From: a virus
Taxonomy: Duplodnaviria > Caudoviricetes
DNA length: 37,910 nt
Strand: one strand, 5' to 3'
IMG/VR virus record: IMGVR_UViG_3300005804_000099
Coordinates: 1 to 37,910 of that record
The notes under the pieces are model-generated. The model was not told the origin of the DNA. It did not search any database and saw only the letters and a list, made by a program, of their open reading frames with translations. Every line of letters begins with the position of its first letter. Position 1 is the stretch's first letter. Below are positions 8,604 to 17,649 of this stretch, in pieces. The translations under genes and the position numbers were made by a program.

Positions 8604-9328
8604 ACGTATTCCTCCAGCACTTCAGTTCTTGCCTGATCGTTGATATTGCGGGTGATGCCTTTGCGACCAATCGGCTTATAAACAAGATAGGAATCAGCAA
8701 CGTCAGCCAGATCGGTGCAAATAATGCCCAATTCCCAGCCTTTCAGCGGTCTGGCATCCATGCCCGGCTTGCTGTCCTGAAGCGATAATGTAAAAACATG
8801 CCTTTCCCGGCCTTTGTTCTGGCGACGATACCCGCCCGAATCTGGTCGAAAAATGCTGACCGGTGTTTCAATCTGAAATTCCCAGGCGGCAACTTTCAAA
8901 GTCAAAGCTGTCCCGATGATTACATTTCCAAGAGTTGGCACTGTTTCAGCATCAAGCAGTGCCTGCACTGGTATCAAAATGCTGGCATAGCGATAATTTA
9001 CCGGCGAAAAATCGAAAAAGCCTTTGCAAATGTTGATGTCATCGCTTGCAAAAGTGACATCTTTGCTCAGGGCCGGAGATGTCCATGAGTTCGAGCTATT
9101 TGCCTGCAAAGTGCAGTTAAGGAAATTGGCGTTATTAATCCAAATATGCGGAATTTCGACCGCTGCGCCCAGATCCATCGTAAGTCGCACGGCAGCAGAA
9201 AAAGCGCCCGCTTTCCAAATTATGCCCGGGTCATAATTCAACAGGTTTGATGCGGGGAAATAAGCATCAGAACTGCTTGCGGTGATGCTACTGATGATTC
9301 GCATATTTTTATCGGTAATCAGCTTCAT
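8600..9328 (-). CDS. distal tail / tail tip component
   Basis: Between tape measure and tail tip with ATGA overlaps; N-terminal discoidin-like segment (ITASSSDAYFPASNLL). Confidence 0.65.
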   Translation of the reverse strand: MKLITDKNMRIISSITASSSDAYFPASNLLNYDPGIIWKAGAFSAAVRLTMDLGAAVEIPHIWINNANFLNCTLQANSSNSWTSPALSKDVTFASDDINICKGFFDFSPVNYRYASILIPVQALLDAETVPTLGNVIIGTALTLKVAAWEFQIETPVSIFRPDSGGYRRQNKGRERHVFTLSLQDSKPGMDARPLKGWELGIICTDLADVADSYLVYKPIGRKGITRNINDQARTEVLEEYV

Positions 9329-12300
9329 TTTTCACCCCACAAAACCATTCCCTGATTTCGCGCTTCGGCGCCTTTCAATGCCGAAACAACAGCTGGATTG
9401 TCAGAGTTCTGCCTGATCAGCTCATCGTAAGCAATGTCGCGATTCCCGCCGGTTAGAACATAAATTTTTGTTCCCGCCTGGGCGATTTCACCGTAAATGT
9501 TCAAAGCTGACGCCATTTTGTCCCTGCTGCGTGCGGCAGCTTCCAGCTCTTTTTGCTTGATAGCTTCTTTTGCTGCCTGTTCAGCGATCAGGGTGTCGAG
9601 TTCCGCTTTGTGATACGCCTCCCTTGCGGCTTCATAGTTAGACAAAGCTGCGGCCTGTTCTTCAAAAGTTCTCGTTGCATCATTAAAGATTGCCGCTTGG
9701 CGCTCCATCACCTCTTCAATGGCGCTTGTCTGTTTTTTCAAATAATCAAGGTATGCCTCAGCGTAGTCATCAGAGCCAGTCACGCGAAGCTTTTCAAGCT
9801 CAAATTTTGCATCACTGGCCTCTTTGACCATGTCGAGCAACCCCGGCGAAGCCTTCCGGTCGGCGAAGTCGTTTTGTAGCTTTTCGAAAGCATCGTAATA
9901 TTCATCTCTGGAAAGCTCGCCGACGTTCGCTGAATAGCCATCAGCGCCCGGCAGTGGAGTGCCGCGAACCGGCGAAAAAATGCCATTTCCAGAAAACGAT
10001 TGCTCAGAATACTGGTTGGACATATAGATATTGTCCAGCCATGGAGCATATTTCGAAAAACCAGAAGCTGCGGCGGTGAAGCGATCGGCGGTTGCCTGCC
10101 CCAGCTCTCTCACCATTTCGGCCAGGGTCGATTCGATTTCCCTGGTGATCACGGTCAAATTCTGGCCCTCATTGACAGAGCCGTCAGACCATCTCAGATC
10201 CTGCTGGCCAAAATAAACACTCGTGAGCGATTCTTTATAGGCGTCCACCTTCGCCTGCAGGGCACTGTATTCATAACCTTTAGCAGCCTGCAGGTTAATC
10301 CAGGCTTCCTGATTTTCGCTGAAAGTTTCAGCCGCTTTCACGGCATCAGTCAGCTTTTTCAGGGCTGCGCTTGCGCCGTTGTCGATCATGGCATAAGTTC
10401 TGGTTCTGTCGGATGTCCAGCCGTTCCCGGAATCGTTCCAGGTGTAACCGGTCTGTGTGCCGGAATAGCCAAGACGGGCGTTTGCTATGGCATCTTTCAT
10501 CGCCCTGGTGGCGAAAACAGACGTGATTTCAGAGACAAAGCTGTCAACGTATTCCTGGCCCATGCGGCTTTTCAGGTCTGCTGCCTGCTGAATCGCTTCT
10601 TTGCCGTGCTCTTCCCTGCCGCCGAAGAATCGACCAGGACGGGTCAGAACTTGAGTCGCTGCGTTTACGGCAAGATTGACGCCCAGGTTACCCCAGTTAA
10701 TCGCGCCTTCTGCATTCATAACCGGATTCGACTGGGAAACAGATTTTGAAATGACATTGCTGATGATGCTGCCAAGCGTCAGTTCAAGATTGCTGAAATC
10801 CGCATTGGCAAAACCGGCCTGTACAGCTTCGGCAATAGTTTTTGCAAGCGGGGCTTCAGTTTCCTTGATTGCATTTTTGATTTCTTTGCCCTGGGCTGAC
10901 CAAAGCCCGCCAGAAACGAAATTCATCATTCCGGCCATGGCATTGTCTGGGGTCAGGCCTCTTAAATCACTGGCTGCATTAGTGCCGGAATTTCTAAGCA
11001 TCGAAAGCCAGTTTTCGTTGTATTCATCAACTTTTTTCAGCTTTTCATACAGTTTGCCGGCTTCGGTTGTGCCATTCTGCAAGCCAACAGCAAAGCCGCC
11101 GGCCGCTGCAGTCATCTGGGTTAATAAATCTTGAGCATCTTTCAGGGAAGTTATTGTTTTGGTGCCAAACCCGTTTAAAAAAGCAGTAGAGACTTCTGTT
11201 GTCGCTTTTTCGGTTGCTTCTATTGCCTTCGTTAAACGATTCTGGGCCTCGGTAAGTTCATTTTTTCTCTGCTTTTCGGCTTCTTCAGCAAGCCTTTTCT
11301 TTTCGGCTTCTTCGGCCTCTGCTGCTTCTCTGGATTTTATAGTCTTTACTGCATTAGTTGCCGCTTCCAGATCTTCTTGTTTTTGCTCAACAGTTTGTTT
11401 AATTCTCTCTTTTTGGACCGCCAAAGCTTTTAGTTCAAGCTCGATCCTGTTTTGTGCAATCTTTATCGACTGGTCAGAATCGTCATCCCAATCCAACTCA
11501 ACGCCTGCTTTTGCCAAAGCAGAGCGCATAGAGCCAAATCCTTTAAACCTTGAATCTTCGATTTCTTTGTTGATGCCATTAAGCTCGGATTCTCTTGTCG
11601 AAATTGCAGCAAGTTGCCCTGCTTTACCTTGGAACTTAAAGCCTTCTTGGGCTTTATCAAGAACACCAAGCCATTCACGCCAATAGTCGATAGAAGTTTG
11701 AAGAGCCGGAATTAAATCTTTGTTAAGCCATTCGACAGTTGGCACAAAAACATCAGTTAGGGCTTCTCCGAGCTGTAATTTTACGTTTTTAACAGATGTA
11801 TCCAGCTGGTCAAACTTATCTGCTGCCGTGTCGCCATTATCGTTTAAAATTTTTACTCGGTCAGAAGTTTGAGCTAAAACATCTCTAAGCAGTTCGCCGC
11901 GTTTTTGCAAAAGGGTGCCTGCGTCCGACGCTCTTTTAAAGCTTTCCGGCAAAAGACCCATGCTAATTAATGCCTTGCCGTTGCCTTCGCTGATTGCCCT
12001 TGCAATCTGCTCAAAGGTTTGTTCTGTTGTTTGCCCAAAATCTCCGCTCAATGCTTCTGAAACGGCCCAAAGCTTGCCAAGATCGTCAACGTCTCTTGTC
12101 ACTCCAAGTTTCAGCGCTTTGTGAGTTTGCTGCAAGAGCGTAAGATCGTTTACAACTCCGTTGCTGCCACTACGAACGGCTTTCGCCAGCTTTTCATAAG
12201 AAATTCCGGCTTGAGCCGCTGTTAGCTGAAGGTTGTGTCTCATATCTGCAAGCTGAGCACCTTCCCTGGCCATATCAAAAGCGGTCTTTGTTCCAGCCGT

Positions 12301-12486
12301 AAAAGCGGCAAAAGAAAGCGCTGTTCTAGCCAAAGCAGCGTCCATCAAACCAGTTTCTTTTTCGAGTGTTTTGCCAGTTTTACTAGTTTGATTATCAACA
12401 TCCTGCATGCCTTTTTTTACGGCCTGCAGAATTTGTTCGCTTCGACCGGCATCGGTTTCGATGATGATTTTAGTCTTTTGTTCCAT
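9325..12486 (-). CDS. tail tape measure protein
   Basis: 1053 aa, Ala/Lys/Glu-rich and helical; follows the tail tube and chaperone genes. Confidence 0.85.
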   Translation of the reverse strand: MEQKTKIIIETDAGRSEQILQAVKKGMQDVDNQTSKTGKTLEKETGLMDAALARTALSFAAFTAGTKTAFDMAREGAQLADMRHNLQLTAAQAGISYEKLAKAVRSGSNGVVNDLTLLQQTHKALKLGVTRDVDDLGKLWAVSEALSGDFGQTTEQTFEQIARAISEGNGKALISMGLLPESFKRASDAGTLLQKRGELLRDVLAQTSDRVKILNDNGDTAADKFDQLDTSVKNVKLQLGEALTDVFVPTVEWLNKDLIPALQTSIDYWREWLGVLDKAQEGFKFQGKAGQLAAISTRESELNGINKEIEDSRFKGFGSMRSALAKAGVELDWDDDSDQSIKIAQNRIELELKALAVQKERIKQTVEQKQEDLEAATNAVKTIKSREAAEAEEAEKKRLAEEAEKQRKNELTEAQNRLTKAIEATEKATTEVSTAFLNGFGTKTITSLKDAQDLLTQMTAAAGGFAVGLQNGTTEAGKLYEKLKKVDEYNENWLSMLRNSGTNAASDLRGLTPDNAMAGMMNFVSGGLWSAQGKEIKNAIKETEAPLAKTIAEAVQAGFANADFSNLELTLGSIISNVISKSVSQSNPVMNAEGAINWGNLGVNLAVNAATQVLTRPGRFFGGREEHGKEAIQQAADLKSRMGQEYVDSFVSEITSVFATRAMKDAIANARLGYSGTQTGYTWNDSGNGWTSDRTRTYAMIDNGASAALKKLTDAVKAAETFSENQEAWINLQAAKGYEYSALQAKVDAYKESLTSVYFGQQDLRWSDGSVNEGQNLTVITREIESTLAEMVRELGQATADRFTAAASGFSKYAPWLDNIYMSNQYSEQSFSGNGIFSPVRGTPLPGADGYSANVGELSRDEYYDAFEKLQNDFADRKASPGLLDMVKEASDAKFELEKLRVTGSDDYAEAYLDYLKKQTSAIEEVMERQAAIFNDATRTFEEQAAALSNYEAAREAYHKAELDTLIAEQAAKEAIKQKELEAAARSRDKMASALNIYGEIAQAGTKIYVLTGGNRDIAYDELIRQNSDNPAVVSALKGAEARNQGMVLWGEK

Positions 12487-12793
12487 TTTTTCTTGTTTCC
12501 GCTTCTTTTTTCAGATCGTTAAAAACGGCCAGGCGCTCTTCTCTGGTTGTTGCTTGTTGCGTTGGGGCAGGTCTTGATGCTGATTTTTTCCCACGTAAAA
12601 CAGCAAAAAGAAATTCATCGACAATCGGGATCTTTGCGATCTGGTTGATAGCCGGAACATACTCGTTCCAGTAATCCCAGCCTTGAATTGCTTGCGGGCG
12701 AATATGCCAGGCCCGGGAAATCCGCATCAGCATCTGATTCTGAAATTCATCATCCTGCTGATGCGGCTTAACTTTTCCCGTCAGGCCGTCAAC
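12470..12793 (-). CDS. tail assembly chaperone gpT-like part (G-T fusion about 216 aa via -1 frameshift)
   Basis: Lies in the -1 frame of 12781..13119 and is open from C_CCA_AAG onward; directly upstream of the tape measure gene. Confidence 0.8.
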   Translation of the reverse strand, partial: VDGLTGKVKPHQQDDEFQNQMLMRISRAWHIRPQAIQGWDYWNEYVPAINQIAKIPIVDEFLFAVLRGKKSASRPAPTQQATTREERLAVFNDLKKEAETRKNGTKD

Positions 12794-12799
12794 TTTGGG
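12710..12799 (-). other. programmed -1 frameshift signal C_CCA_AAG + extended stem-loop
   Basis: Heptamer at 12793-12799; inverted repeats 12774-12780/12714-12720 and a perfect 11-bp pair 12756-12766/12722-12732. Confidence 0.8.
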
Positions 12800-13119
12800 T
12801 CATGTACCGGGCTCAAGCGCGGGTCGGTTACTTTGCGGTCAAGCCAGATTCTGTTCAGCAGCTGCATCTGATCAATATCAAAAGCTGCTTCAATTTCATC
12901 GCGCGTGAATTCCCGCTTTTCGGGGTCAGGATTCAACACGATTTCGCCGAGAGCATAGTGTGATCGATCTTTGTTGCTTTCGTTGTGAAATTCTTTAAAA
13001 CAGTCTGCCTGGTATTTCGTGAAGCGAAGCTGACCTTCTTTGACTGTCCCGTCCGGAAACCTGGTTTTGTAAAAAATAGTATTCAATGGCCCTGCAGTAA
13101 GCCAGTTACCTGATTGCAT
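12781..13119 (-). CDS. tail assembly chaperone gpG-like (112 aa)
   Basis: SD AAGGAG before ATG 13119; between tail tube and tape measure; slippery heptamer near the 3' end. Confidence 0.8.
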   Translation of the reverse strand: MQSGNWLTAGPLNTIFYKTRFPDGTVKEGQLRFTKYQADCFKEFHNESNKDRSHYALGEIVLNPDPEKREFTRDEIEAAFDIDQMQLLNRIWLDRKVTDPRLSPVHDPKLTA

Positions 13120-13129
13120 GCTGTTCTCC

Positions 13130-14068
13130 TTATTTGAACGTGAGGGTGAATTCATCTTCGGTGGTAGTTTCAAGCAGCTGGCCACCGAGATCATACATTT
13201 TGACTGAGTTTTCCCCGCTGAATTTTGGGGCATCCACGTTTGCCTTGCTGGCAGAAAACATGAAAATGTTCCCGGCCTGAGTTCCGTGTGTGAAAGCCAT
13301 GTCGATTGTGCCGCTGTTGATGTAATCGGCCCAGAAGCTTCTTGACGATTCAAGAACCGCTTCGATTTTTGCATTCCAGAGAGGATCGCGGGCCGGAATG
13401 CAGAATGGCTCGATTCCGTCAGCGGCGTTGACGTTCGGCCGCGCAACAAGGGTGTTGCCGGTTACAAAGCCGAAGTTTCTGATGACGGCATCGTCATAAG
13501 TGTCAAAATTGAGACCGTAGCTTTTGCATTCGATGGCATTTACCGTGTCAGCTGCCACAACGGGGTTAGCTTCGTCGCCGGCCGAAAGAAATTTTCCCTG
13601 CATCGAAAAATTCAGTGCGCCATATTCTCCGGCAGCAGCATTGCAGGAAAGCTCGCCCATGCAACCAACAGCCTTCACTACAAGACCGTCAATATAAACA
13701 AAAATGGTGCAGGATTTCATATCTGCATCAGCATTGAGCGGGGTATATTCAACCTTTTCCTGCCCTTCGGTCGTTGTGATCGTTTCTTTCAAGGCGCAAG
13801 CCTGAAGCAACGGCGAGATTTTGGGCGGGGTTTTTGCATCGCCAGAGCCTTTAATCAAGGCTGGAATTGTGACGCGCACAATCTTGTTGATGAATTTGCG
13901 AGGTTGCGTGCGAATCGAATTTCTGACGGTGGGGTCATCGAGCTGTTTGCCGTCAACGCTGATATCGACAATACCGCAAGAAATGGCGTTTGCAGCAACG
14001 GGAGCAGCATTTACGCCGCGTTCTGTTTCGGTTTTAACAAGAACGACCTGGTTACGTTCAAAAAGCAT
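13130..14068 (-). CDS. major tail tube protein
   Basis: 312 aa, beta-rich, N-terminal LVKTETERG motif; follows the tail terminator; no sheath gene present. Confidence 0.8.
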   Translation of the reverse strand: MLFERNQVVLVKTETERGVNAAPVAANAISCGIVDISVDGKQLDDPTVRNSIRTQPRKFINKIVRVTIPALIKGSGDAKTPPKISPLLQACALKETITTTEGQEKVEYTPLNADADMKSCTIFVYIDGLVVKAVGCMGELSCNAAAGEYGALNFSMQGKFLSAGDEANPVVAADTVNAIECKSYGLNFDTYDDAVIRNFGFVTGNTLVARPNVNAADGIEPFCIPARDPLWNAKIEAVLESSRSFWADYINSGTIDMAFTHGTQAGNIFMFSASKANVDAPKFSGENSVKMYDLGGQLLETTTEDEFTLTFK

Positions 14069-14081
14069 TTTTTTTCGCTCC

Positions 14082-14579
14082 TTATGGCAGTTTTGATGGG
14101 ATTTCTATGAGATAAGCCAGTTCGGCTTTGGCAAATGGGTAAATAACCTTGTCTGATTCGCCGTCCAGCGGTGTGATTGCTATGCCGTTAATTTGCAAAA
14201 CCGGGATTGTAGCTTCTTCGACAAGCGAAATGAAAGTATCAATCAACTCGACCGCTTCCAGAACAAGCACATCAGTTTCAGGCACATCTGGAACTTCTGA
14301 TTCAGGAACGCGGTTGTTGATGCAATACGCATAGGCCCGAATGGTCAGATTATGGCTTCGTTTGCTCATCTGCCTGGTGCGCGATCTGGACCCGGGGATA
14401 ATATGAATTTCAATGTCACCGACATTCAATTCCGGCGGATCTTCTTCGTCATCGCCGATTACGATTCTCGGCTTTTTTTCGAATTCAGCATTGCACCAGG
14501 CGTTAAGGGCTGCATCCGATCGGTATGATCGAATCAACTCGGAAAACAAGGTTTTAAGATTGGTGATGACTTGGTTCAT
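14082..14579 (-). CDS. putative tail terminator protein
   Basis: Directly upstream of the tail tube; size and acidic character fit. Confidence 0.55.
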   Translation of the reverse strand: MNQVITNLKTLFSELIRSYRSDAALNAWCNAEFEKKPRIVIGDDEEDPPELNVGDIEIHIIPGSRSRTRQMSKRSHNLTIRAYAYCINNRVPESEVPDVPETDVLVLEAVELIDTFISLVEEATIPVLQINGIAITPLDGESDKVIYPFAKAELAYLIEIPSKLP

Positions 14580-15079
14580 TTTTTATTCCAGCGGCGCAAT
14601 GCCCGGCCCAGGTTGTAGTGGAATCTGCTTTCGAAAAACGACACGATCTGGTTTTTGATCTTTTCGTAAACACGCGCAAACAGTGGTCTTCCTGGTATTG
14701 TGCCGGAGGTGGTTGTTTGCTTGAGGTGGATCCCCACGGTATGAAGAAATTTGCGAAATGGATCAGAAATTTTTACCGTGCCGCCCTCTTCCATCTTTTT
14801 ATTCAGGCCTCTGGTTGTGACCACGGCAGTTCCTGATCGCTTGAGAACATGCGTTACAAATTTGCTTTTACCCCACGGTTTTTTGTGGCCAAGAGCGCGG
14901 GAGATTCTGCCAAGAGGCGTCAATCCTTCAGATGAAGCTCTGGCCCGTCGAAGCTCTCTTTCCACCATTTTTCCGGTGTCGCGAACTGAAGCAACCCTGG
15001 CACTACGGCCTTCGGTTGTCATTGTGGCCAGCGTCATTACAGTTTCGCTGACCCCTTCAGTTCTAAGCTTCATTTTCAT
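14576..15079 (-). CDS. putative tail completion/neck protein
   Basis: Basic protein with GTIPGRPLF motif in the head-tail block; ATGA overlaps. Confidence 0.6.
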   Translation of the reverse strand: MKMKLRTEGVSETVMTLATMTTEGRSARVASVRDTGKMVERELRRARASSEGLTPLGRISRALGHKKPWGKSKFVTHVLKRSGTAVVTTRGLNKKMEEGGTVKISDPFRKFLHTVGIHLKQTTTSGTIPGRPLFARVYEKIKNQIVSFFESRFHYNLGRALRRWNKK

Positions 15080-15408
15080 CGCGGGCGGGTCTCCGTGTAG
15101 GCTTTAACGATCCAGGCGGTTTTGTTTTCGTTGATCAAACTGTCGATTATCCAGACCTTGCCGCCGGCTCTGGTGATGGTGTCGTGTGGCTTTGGCTGCT
15201 GGAATATGGCTTTCGGCAGTAACGCAATAAGAGTTCTGACCGTGCCGCCAGACCAGCTGTTATTCGAATCGCCAGTTTCCAGAGCCGATATCCGGTCGGT
15301 TATTGGTGCGCCCCCGGCTTTGGGGGTAAAGGTGGCCAACTCAGCCGCCTCATCGAGGCTGAGGACATAAGCCAAGTCGGCCACCATCTGATCATTAATC
15401 GTGGTCAT
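15076..15408 (-). CDS. head-tail joining protein (gpFII-like), 110 aa
   Basis: ATG 15408 overlaps the upstream TGA; motif PKPHDTITRAGGKVWII. Confidence 0.65.
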   Translation of the reverse strand: MTTINDQMVADLAYVLSLDEAAELATFTPKAGGAPITDRISALETGDSNNSWSGGTVRTLIALLPKAIFQQPKPHDTITRAGGKVWIIDSLINENKTAWIVKAYTETRPR

Positions 15409-15797
15409 CGATACTGCAAAGTCATCGTTGCAACCGTGTCGGTTCCGCGACACCGGAAGTACACGTCGGGCTCTGTTGCAACGAACTTGTCGAGCACAAG
15501 AATTGTTGCGGTAGCGCAAAACAGTTCGGTGGTTGCTGTCGAAACAGTTGAATCGCCGAAATTGAAAGAGTTTGCGCTGATCGCCCAAACTTCATGGCAT
15601 CCATCAGGGAGCGCCGGCAGCTTTACAGCGGCAGTTGAGCTGATTGAAAGAGTCTTTGTTCCGGCTTTAAAGCCAGAGTTTGAGCCAAGAACCCTTTCGT
15701 AAGGGGTGATTGCTTTTGCCGGCTGAAGAACGCCAACAAAGGCAATCAGAAAGATTGCGACCAGGGTTGTGAGAATAGCAATGCCGTTTCTGTTCAT
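15405..15797 (-). CDS. signal-peptide-bearing beta-sandwich protein in the head module
   Basis: SD AAGGA; N-terminus MNRNGIAILTTLVAIFLIAFVGVLQPAKA is hydrophobic and ends in A-x-A. Confidence 0.7.
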   Translation of the reverse strand: MNRNGIAILTTLVAIFLIAFVGVLQPAKAITPYERVLGSNSGFKAGTKTLSISSTAAVKLPALPDGCHEVWAISANSFNFGDSTVSTATTELFCATATILVLDKFVATEPDVYFRCRGTDTVATMTLQYR

Positions 15798-15811
15798 TTC
15801 TGATTCCTTTC

Positions 15812-16768
15812 TCAGCGGGTGCCGGTGATCAGTTTGCCAAGTTCAGCGCAAACAAGTTTTTCGCCCATGTAACCGCGACCGCGATAAACCGTAGATCTGA
15901 TTTTTTCTTCGCGGTAAGATTCCATGACCAGCATGTCGGGCGATTCTTCTTCCCACAGGAAAGTTCTGCCGACACATGCTTCGCGCAGATTTTCAGGATT
16001 GTCGGCGGTTTTGGCAACCATAACCATTGCGCTCGGCCAGATGTCGGTGACGCTTGATGACCTTGGGTTTTTGCTGGTGTCTTTGACTTCACCGATAACA
16101 ATGATTTTGGAGACGCCAAGATACTTTGCAACCATGGCAATCTGTTCGTCGCGCGACATGAGCTGCGGCACCAGAACGCCTTTGCACTGGTCGAGAAACG
16201 CAGCGCAGCTGAGAATGTCGTCAAAAGAAGTTTTGCTGAGAATGACCGAGTCAGCTTCAACGCCGGTTGTCTCGCGAATTTTTTTGGCCTGAGCTCTTAC
16301 GTCAGAGCGGGGATCGCATTCGACTTTGTTATCCCATTTTTTGCCGGCGGCTGCAGTTTCAAAGCTTCCGGTATCGGTGAGAAGAGTGGTGCCGGCAATT
16401 TCATGCTTGCGAAGCATTTTGGCGCCGATCGCTTCAGTGATAACGATTTCTGCGTCGATGAGATTGCGGTACAGCTTTCTTTCGGTGTCATCGAGAGGCA
16501 TTTCGAGACCGCGGTCTTCGGTCGAATAGTCCTTCATGACGAATTCGAGTTCGTCGCGTGCGTAGGCGGTTCTGGGGGCGCGGGCCATTTTTTCGGGAAG
16601 CTTCAGAAAGCCTTCTTTTTTGATGGCCGGGTATTCACCAGTTTTTTCCGGGGTTTTGAAGATGGGCAGCGCTCTGCGCATCTGAAACCCGAGCGGGTTA
16701 AACATGTATTCGTAGAGAACAAACCCCAGATCGGGGCGAATGATGGTTGAAGCAGAATCTGGTCTCAT
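15812..16768 (-). CDS. major capsid protein (lambda gpE-like)
   Basis: 318 aa after protease and decoration genes; GKKWDNKVECDPRSDV segment; SD GAGGTG. Confidence 0.85.
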   Translation of the reverse strand: MRPDSASTIIRPDLGFVLYEYMFNPLGFQMRRALPIFKTPEKTGEYPAIKKEGFLKLPEKMARAPRTAYARDELEFVMKDYSTEDRGLEMPLDDTERKLYRNLIDAEIVITEAIGAKMLRKHEIAGTTLLTDTGSFETAAAGKKWDNKVECDPRSDVRAQAKKIRETTGVEADSVILSKTSFDDILSCAAFLDQCKGVLVPQLMSRDEQIAMVAKYLGVSKIIVIGEVKDTSKNPRSSSVTDIWPSAMVMVAKTADNPENLREACVGRTFLWEEESPDMLVMESYREEKIRSTVYRGRGYMGEKLVCAELGKLITGTR

Positions 16769-16783
16769 TTAAACACCTCTTTC

Positions 16784-17167
16784 TTAGTTGTTGACAGTGA
16801 CAGTGACATTGCCAAGGCACGGAATCATTTCGATTTCGTCGCCATCAGCAAGAGCCGCTTCGACGCTGATACCTACTTTTCTGTAGGTTCCGTTGGCAGC
16901 CGGCAGCGCCTGAACTTTGCCTGCAGCAGCCTGGAAAAGATCGACGCCGGCAGAAAATGCTCCAGCTGCAGTGACCTTAAGAGTGCCCTCTTTGGCGAGA
17001 GTATTCACTGCAACATTCGTATTGATAAGAGCATCGTAAGCCGTCACGCCGATCGGGTTATCGGTAGCGGTTGCAGTGCAGTGCTCGACTTTGGCGCCGT
17101 TCATTTTTACAAGACGCTTTCTACCCACTTCAGCGTGAGTTTCGAAAGTAACCGGTCCATTAATCAT
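16784..17167 (-). CDS. capsid decoration/cement protein (DUF2190-like)
   Basis: 127 aa, Ala/Gly/Val-rich, GISVEAALADGDEIE motif; between protease and major capsid protein. Confidence 0.75.
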   Translation of the reverse strand: MINGPVTFETHAEVGRKRLVKMNGAKVEHCTATATDNPIGVTAYDALINTNVAVNTLAKEGTLKVTAAGAFSAGVDLFQAAAGKVQALPAANGTYRKVGISVEAALADGDEIEMIPCLGNVTVTVNN

Positions 17168-17193
17168 GGTTTTTCTCCTGTGTTACGGCAGGC

Positions 17194-17649
17194 TCAGTTC
17201 TTCTGAGCGGCCTGAGATTCGAGATAGCTCTGATACAGAGCGGGATGTTCTTTGGCGACGATTGAAACGGCCTGAGCTTTGGTTTTGCCAGCCGCAACAT
17301 GTCTTTCGATTTCGCCAAGATAGGTTTTGCCGTCGTTGTTTTTGGGTTCAACGGTTTTAACGGGCTTTGTGGCTTCTGCGGCCATTCCCTGCAGACCGGT
17401 AGAACGATTGTTCTTTTCGGCCATATAGAAGCCCTTGTAGGCGTCACCGACGCTCATACCTGATTCAACGGCTTTCAGAGTTTCTGCCTGATTTCCTTCG
17501 GCCTTCAGGATTTCGGTTACGCGGGTACGTTCTTCACCCACGGCTGCCTGAATTTTTACGCCGAGATCTTTCGATGCTTCGGCCTTGCCGATTTCGAGCA
17601 CCTGAGCGTAAAGATCGGGATGATCTTTCTGCAATGCGTTAATGTCCAT
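17194..17649 (-). CDS. nested in-frame scaffold protein (Nu3-like), 151 aa
   Basis: Internal AAGGAG about 10 nt before ATG 17649 (MDINALQKDHPDL), right after the protease domain. Confidence 0.55.
   Translation of the reverse strand: MDINALQKDHPDLYAQVLEIGKAEASKDLGVKIQAAVGEERTRVTEILKAEGNQAETLKAVESGMSVGDAYKGFYMAEKNNRSTGLQGMAAEATKPVKTVEPKNNDGKTYLGEIERHVAAGKTKAQAVSIVAKEHPALYQSYLESQAAQKN

Noticed and set aside
10000-10749. Long plus-strand ORFs (e.g. 249 aa here, 17830..18390, 20825..21391)
   Set aside because: They are antisense shadows of well-supported minus-strand genes, with no motifs or SD support.
12781-13449. 222-aa ORF as called in the track
   Set aside because: Its 5' half overlaps the tail tube gene; the SD-supported start is 13119. 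The same over-extension applies to 15076..15588, 22548..23336, 28828..29277, 29081..30514, 1520..1930 and 443..907.
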